64,000 nt of DNA, taken from sequence record MH051916, one strand, 5' to 3'. This DNA is from Enterobacteria phage vB_EcoM_IME340. The notes below the pieces were generated by a model. That model did no database searches. It saw only the letters and a program-made list of their open reading frames with translations, and was not told the DNA's origin. Below, piece by piece: positions 59,290 through 64,000 of this stretch. How positions within the stretch are numbered: position 1 is the stretch's first letter; every line of letters starts with the position of its first letter. The position numbers and the translations under genes are program-made.

Positions 59290-59603
59290 AAAAGCGTCTA
59301 TTAGAAGATATTGCAGCTTCAAGTAATTCCAGTCTAATTAAAATTATTATGGCTGGTGAAGAAGACGATCTGGAAATGCGTGGAAAGATTCATGGTTGCG
59401 ATGATTTAGACTTTAAACCTCCAGCCTGGGATGCCATTATGGTTATGGTTGAACGCCGCGAAAGGGCTTCTAAAAACGTTCCTAATTGCCCTGAATGTGG
59501 AACTGAACAGGTTCAATTAATTCATTGGCAGACTAGTAATCTTCGTTATAAATGCCGTCATTGCAAACATCGATTTGAGAGAGAAGAAAATGACCAAGCG
59601 TAA
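59286..59603 (+). CDS. Zinc-ribbon protein
   Basis: 105 aa with CPECG...CRHCKH C4 motif. Confidence 0.6.
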   Translation: MKKRLLEDIAASSNSSLIKIIMAGEEDDLEMRGKIHGCDDLDFKPPAWDAIMVMVERRERASKNVPNCPECGTEQVQLIHWQTSNLRYKCRHCKHRFEREENDQA

Positions 59604-59832
59604 AGAATATATGGAGATTGCTGAAAAAGCAGTCCGTGAATTAGCAATAGCTTATTATAATGAACACGGTAAATTTCCTGATAGATACAGCGTGCTTAAA
59701 TCTGCTTTAACTCGTTCATATAAAAATATGCTATCAGAAGTAAGTGATATTATATACAAATATAAAGAACAAACTGGCCAAAGTCTTGATTATGACGAGA
59801 CTTTTAAACAAGTACTAGGAATTAAGGAATAA
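59590..59832 (+). CDS. Hypothetical protein
   Basis: 80 aa from ATG at MTKRKEY. Confidence 0.45.
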   Translation: MTKRKEYMEIAEKAVRELAIAYYNEHGKFPDRYSVLKSALTRSYKNMLSEVSDIIYKYKEQTGQSLDYDETFKQVLGIKE

Positions 59833-59833
59833 T

Positions 59834-60097
59834 ATGTTTAAAGTATATGGTTATGATAGCAACATCCATAAATGTGTGTATTGCGATAATGCAAAACGTC
59901 TTTTGACTGTGAAGAAACAGCCGTTTGAATTTATCAACATTATGCCGGAAAAAGGTGTTTTTGATGATGAGAAAATTGCTGAGCTTCTGACTAAACTAGG
60001 TCGTGATACTCAAATCGGATTGACGATGCCTCAGGTATTTGCTCCTGATGGAAGTCATATTGGTGGATTTGACCAATTGCGGGAATACTTTAAATGA
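59834..60097 (+). CDS. nrdC: Glutaredoxin/thioredoxin NrdC
   Basis: 87 aa; MFKVYGYDSNIHKCVYCDNAKRLL with CVYC active site, matching recalled T4 NrdC. Confidence 0.93.
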   Translation: MFKVYGYDSNIHKCVYCDNAKRLLTVKKQPFEFINIMPEKGVFDDEKIAELLTKLGRDTQIGLTMPQVFAPDGSHIGGFDQLREYFK

Positions 60098-60309
60098 TGC
60101 TCGAAGGAACTGATTATATCCATGACTACCGCGGAAGCGCGGTATATGTTGGTGATGAGGTTGCAGTTTATTATGGGTATGGAACTTTGATGACAGCAAA
60201 GGTTATTCAAATTAAAAATGGCCGCGCTAAACTTGAAGTTTATTATTCTAATGGTGAAAAGTCTATTTCTAAATGGAAATATGGCGATTGCATGGTTAAA
60301 CTGGGGTAA
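60094..60309 (+). CDS. Hypothetical protein
   Basis: 71 aa ORF coupled to nrdC. Confidence 0.5.
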   Translation: MMLEGTDYIHDYRGSAVYVGDEVAVYYGYGTLMTAKVIQIKNGRAKLEVYYSNGEKSISKWKYGDCMVKLG

Positions 60310-60311
60310 AT

Positions 60312-60620
60312 ATGATTTACGATGTTGATGCAGTTTTGAGCGAAATAATCGAAGACCATGATGCATTTTCAGAAAATTATGATTTCGATTTTTCGGATTA
60401 TCTTAAACCTGTCGAAATAGAAGACTGGGTGCAAGACGGTAAATGTCAATATCGTCAGTGTGTTTATTTTAGTCCAAAACATAATGTACATGTTTCCGTA
60501 AATGAATGCCGTTCAGGTTCTTATCATTCTGACTGGTATTATGCAGTTCCTACTGTTGAACTAGTCGAACCTCGAGAACGTGTAGTAACTCAGACAATAC
60601 GAGAATGGATTACGCTATAA
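60312..60620 (+). CDS. Hypothetical protein
   Basis: 102 aa ORF. Confidence 0.5.
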   Translation: MIYDVDAVLSEIIEDHDAFSENYDFDFSDYLKPVEIEDWVQDGKCQYRQCVYFSPKHNVHVSVNECRSGSYHSDWYYAVPTVELVEPRERVVTQTIREWITL

Positions 60621-60743
60621 AACCCTGGTGGGCGGCTAGATGGGAAACTGTAGAGCCAGAGCCGGAAGAATCGGTTTACACTGATGAAGAAACAGTATAT
60701 AATGAACCTACAATAAATGACATAATTGATATGGAGATGGGAC

Positions 60744-61190
60744 ATGATTACAGTAGATAAGTGGTTTAGAATTAATCGTGCTGATAAAGAGCTGTGTAAT
60801 TACTGGCCAGAACTTAGTGCAGGTACTGTCTTTAAAGTTCGTGAACTTGTAAAAGAATGTGAAGATGATATAGAACCTGATACTGGAATTATTGAAATTG
60901 AACTTTCTGATGGAAAGATTATTAACATCTACGATAAGCCAATTACGTATTGGTGCTTATGGAATACTGAATCAGTAGAAAATGGCGAAATTGAAGAAGT
61001 TGTAGAACGAGTTGATCAAGCTATTCATAAACCTAAAGCCGCTTTTCAAGGTGAACGTATTTCATATGCATTAGCTAAATTAGCTGCGCAAGAAAATAAC
61101 GATGGTTATGAAGGAAATTTGATGCAAGCTGCGGCAGAATATATTGAATGGCTTGAAACTCAAATTTCTTTTTCTGACCGAGCGTTTTAA
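60744..61190 (+). CDS. Hypothetical acidic protein (T4 pin region)
   Basis: 148 aa from ATG at MITVDKWF (track began at upstream TTG); lies between nrdC and 49 where T4 carries pin, but identity not verified. Confidence 0.5.
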   Translation: MITVDKWFRINRADKELCNYWPELSAGTVFKVRELVKECEDDIEPDTGIIEIELSDGKIINIYDKPITYWCLWNTESVENGEIEEVVERVDQAIHKPKAAFQGERISYALAKLAAQENNDGYEGNLMQAAAEYIEWLETQISFSDRAF

Positions 61191-61366
61191 TGAAAACTGA
61201 ATTGGTTTATACTGAAAAGTTAAATGGTGGTAAGGTTTGGAAACTTTTTATTAAAGGAAGTCCTACCGACTCTAATATGACCACTTGTGTAGGAACTTAT
61301 TCTCGTCCTACTAAAAAGATGATTCGGCAATATAAGCGATTGCATCGAATGTTTTACAATACTTGA
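61190..61366 (+). CDS. Small basic protein
   Basis: 58 aa ORF (MKTELVYTEKLNGGKVWKLFIKGSPTD...) overlapping the previous stop. Confidence 0.4.
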   Translation: MKTELVYTEKLNGGKVWKLFIKGSPTDSNMTTCVGTYSRPTKKMIRQYKRLHRMFYNT

Positions 61367-61377
61367 AAATAATAAAT

Positions 61378-61407
61378 ACCCTTATCTATTTAAGGTAAGG
61401 GTTTATT
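61378..61407 (+). terminator. Hairpin upstream of gene 49
   Basis: accctta ... taagggt inverted repeat followed by ttatt. Confidence 0.4.
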
Positions 61408-61881
61408 ATGTTATTGACTGGCAAATTATACAAAGAAGAAAAACAGAAATTTTATGATGCACAAAACGGTAAATGCTTAATTTGCCAACGAGAATTAAAT
61501 CCTGATGTTCAAGCTAATCACCTTGACCATGACCATGAATTAAATGGACCGAAAGCTGGAAAGGTACGTGGATTGCTTTGTAATCTATGCAATGCTGCGG
61601 AAGGTCAAATGAAGCATAAATTTAATCGTTCTGGCTTAAAGGGACAAGGTGTTGATTATCTTGAATGGTTAGAAAATTTACTTACTTATTTAAAATCCGA
61701 TTACACCCAAAATAATATTCACCCTAACTTTGTTGGAGATAAATCAAAGGAATTTTCTCGTTTAGGAAAAGAGGAAATGATGGCTGAGATGCTTCAAAGA
61801 GGATTTGAATATAATGAATCTGACACTAAAACACAATTAATAGCTTCATTTAAGAAGCAGCTTAGAAAGAGTTTAAAATGA
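61408..61881 (+). CDS. 49: Endonuclease VII (Holliday junction resolvase) gp49
   Basis: 157 aa; MLLTGKLYKEEKQKFYDAQNGKCLICQREL...HLDHDHELNGPKAGKVRGLLCNLCN zinc/His-Cys motif, matching recalled T4 endo VII. Confidence 0.93.
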   Translation: MLLTGKLYKEEKQKFYDAQNGKCLICQRELNPDVQANHLDHDHELNGPKAGKVRGLLCNLCNAAEGQMKHKFNRSGLKGQGVDYLEWLENLLTYLKSDYTQNNIHPNFVGDKSKEFSRLGKEEMMAEMLQRGFEYNESDTKTQLIASFKKQLRKSLK

Positions 61882-63695
61882 CAATTGAAAAAGAAATTGA
61901 AGGATTAATTCATAAAACTAATAAAGACCTTTTAAACGAGAATGCTAATAAAGATTCTCGTGTTTTTCCAACTCAACGGGACCTTATGGCTGGTATTGTG
62001 TCTAAACACATTGCCAAAAATATGGTCCCGTCTTTTATTATGAAAGCGCATGAAAGCGGAATTATCCATTTCCATGATATTGATTATTCTCCTGCTCTTC
62101 CATTTACTAATTGCTGTTTAGTAGATTTAAAAGGAATGCTTGAGAACGGATTTAAGCTCGGTAATGCACAGATTGAAACTCCTAAATCAATTGGCGTTGC
62201 TACTGCAATTATGGCACAAATTACTGCACAGGTTGCTTCTCATCAATATGGCGGAACGACTTTTGCGAATGTAGATAAAGTCCTTTCTCCTTATGTTAAA
62301 CGCACCTATGCAAAACATATTGAGGACGCGGAAAAATGGCAAATCGCTGATGCATTGAATTATGCCCAATCTAAAACAGAAAAAGACGTATACGATGCAT
62401 TCCAAGCTTATGAATATGAAGTAAATACTCTCTTTAGTTCAAACGGACAAACGCCCTTTGTAACAATTACATTTGGCACGGGAACTGACTGGACCGAACG
62501 AATGATTCAGAAAGCAATTCTGAAAAATCGTATTAAAGGTCTTGGTCGTGATGGGATAACTCCTATTTTCCCTAAACTTGTCATGTTCGTTGAAGAAGGT
62601 GTTAATCTTTATAAAGACGATCCGAATTATGATATTAAGCAGCTTGCTTTAGAGTGCGCAAGCAAAAGAATGTATCCTGACATCATTTCGGCTAAGAACA
62701 ATAAAGCTATCACCGGTTCATCTATTCCTGTTTCTCCAATGGGTTGCCGTAGTTTCTTGGGCGTATGGAAAGATTCGACTGGTAATGAAATTCTTGATGG
62801 ACGTAATAATCTTGGTGTTGTAACACTGAATCTTCCTCGCATTGCGCTAGATTCTTATATTGGAACACAGTTCAATGAACAGAAATTTGCCGAATTGTTC
62901 AATGAGCGAATGGATTTATGTTTTGAAGCATTGATGTGTAGAATTAGTTCCTTAAAAGGAGTTAAAGCTACTGTTGCTCCTATTCTTTACCAAGAAGGTG
63001 CATTCGGGGTTCGTCTTAAACCTGATGACGATATAATTGAGTTATTTAAAAACGGTAGAAGTTCAGTGTCCTTAGGATACATTGGTATTCACGAATTGAA
63101 TATTCTTGTCGGTCGTGATATTGGACAAGAAATTTTAACTAAAATGAATGCTCATCTTAAGCAGTGGACTGAAAGAACTGGTTTTGCTTTTAGCTTGTAT
63201 TCTACTCCTGCTGAAAACCTGTGCTATCGCTTCTGTAAACTTGATACCGAAAAATATGGAAGTGTAAAAGATGTTACCGATAAAGGCTGGTACACTAACA
63301 GTTTCCATGTTTCAGTAGAAGAAAATATTACTCCGTTTGAAAAGATTTCTCGCGAAGCCCCATATCATTTCATCGCGACAGGCGGTCACATTTCTTATGT
63401 TGAACTTCCTGATATGAAAAATAACCTAAAAGGCCTTGAGGCTGTATGGGATTATGCTGCACAACATTTAGATTATTTTGGCGTTAATATGCCAGTAGAT
63501 AAATGTTTTACGTGTGGAAGTACCCATGAAATGACTCCTACTGAAAACGGATTTGTTTGTTCTATTTGTGGAGAAACTGATCCTAAAAAGATGAACACAA
63601 TAAGAAGAACATGTGGCTATTTGGGAAATCCGAATGAACGCGGATTTAATCTTGGCAAAAATAAAGAAATCATGCATAGGGTTAAACACCAATGA
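61878..63695 (+). CDS. nrdD: Anaerobic ribonucleoside-triphosphate reductase NrdD
   Basis: 605 aa uninterrupted; C-terminal zinc ribbon CFTCGSTHEM...CSICGE and glycyl-radical motif RRTCGYLG. Confidence 0.95.
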   Translation: MTIEKEIEGLIHKTNKDLLNENANKDSRVFPTQRDLMAGIVSKHIAKNMVPSFIMKAHESGIIHFHDIDYSPALPFTNCCLVDLKGMLENGFKLGNAQIETPKSIGVATAIMAQITAQVASHQYGGTTFANVDKVLSPYVKRTYAKHIEDAEKWQIADALNYAQSKTEKDVYDAFQAYEYEVNTLFSSNGQTPFVTITFGTGTDWTERMIQKAILKNRIKGLGRDGITPIFPKLVMFVEEGVNLYKDDPNYDIKQLALECASKRMYPDIISAKNNKAITGSSIPVSPMGCRSFLGVWKDSTGNEILDGRNNLGVVTLNLPRIALDSYIGTQFNEQKFAELFNERMDLCFEALMCRISSLKGVKATVAPILYQEGAFGVRLKPDDDIIELFKNGRSSVSLGYIGIHELNILVGRDIGQEILTKMNAHLKQWTERTGFAFSLYSTPAENLCYRFCKLDTEKYGSVKDVTDKGWYTNSFHVSVEENITPFEKISREAPYHFIATGGHISYVELPDMKNNLKGLEAVWDYAAQHLDYFGVNMPVDKCFTCGSTHEMTPTENGFVCSICGETDPKKMNTIRRTCGYLGNPNERGFNLGKNKEIMHRVKHQ

Positions 63696-64000
63696 ATTAC
63701 GATAGATTTTATCCCTGCGATTTTGTGAATGGCCCTGGATGCAGGGTCGTTCTTTTCGTTACAGGTTGTTTGCATAAATGTGAAGGGTGTTATAATAAAT
63801 CAACATGGAATGCTAGAAATGGCGTTCCATTCACTGGTGAAACACTAGAACAATTAATTGAATGTTTGAATAATGATTATATAGAAGGATTAACTATAAC
63901 TGGAGGAGACCCTCTTTATCCTGATAACCGAGATGATGTTCATTGCATTGTTCAAACGGTAAAAAATCTTTATCCGAATAAAAGCATTTGGTTGTGGACA
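63692..64000 (+). CDS. nrdG: Anaerobic RNR activating enzyme NrdG (radical SAM), truncated by window end
   Basis: Start overlaps nrdD stop; CLHKCEGCYN radical-SAM CxxxCxxC cluster motif; ORF runs to window end. Confidence 0.88.
   Translation, partial: MNYDRFYPCDFVNGPGCRVVLFVTGCLHKCEGCYNKSTWNARNGVPFTGETLEQLIECLNNDYIEGLTITGGDPLYPDNRDDVHCIVQTVKNLYPNKSIWLWT

Noticed and set aside
61878-63695. Group I intron in nrdD as in T4
   Set aside because: The ORF is continuous for 605 codons with no untranslated insertion, so no intron is present in this window

Overview
This window is a T4-like (Tevenvirinae) phage genome segment, very close to Escherichia phage T4 but not identical to it (the lysozyme e C-terminus differs from the T4 sequence as I recall it, nrdD is uninterrupted, and the tRNA and internal-protein sets differ). 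Bases 1-29837 are the late structural module on the minus strand, in canonical T4 order: 24 (C-terminally truncated by the window edge), 23, 22, 21, 68, 67, 20, 19, 18, 17, 16, 15, 14, 13, wac, 12, 11, 10, 9, 8, 7, 6, 5.4, 5.1, 5, 53. It carries TATAAATA late promoters and hairpin terminators. From 29885 onward everything is on the plus strand: late genes 4, 2, 3, then early/middle genes 1, 57A, 57B (the Acb1 anti-CBASS phosphodiesterase family), internal-protein genes, a ten-tRNA array (34629-35456), nudE, e (lysozyme), denV, regB, tk, rI, a long block of small accessory ORFs, nrdC, 49 (endonuclease VII), nrdD and the start of nrdG. The accessory region (33.3-61.4 kb) is punctuated by at least 12 near-identical T4 early-promoter cassettes and several strong terminators. 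The most interesting content is there: seven genes carrying the capsid-targeting sequence of T4 internal proteins, a macro-domain protein, a GrcA-like glycyl-radical protein, a nucleotidyltransferase plus AAA+ ATPase pair, a tandem array of four paralogous ~300-340 aa proteins with a shared C-terminal coiled coil, and a dispersed family of ~60 aa paralogs. All calls come from reading the supplied ORF translations, motif recognition and recalled T4 protein sequences; no database search was run. Coordinates follow the ORF track (stop codon included); several starts were moved to an in-frame ATG with a Shine-Dalgarno where the track began at an upstream TTG or other alternative start.
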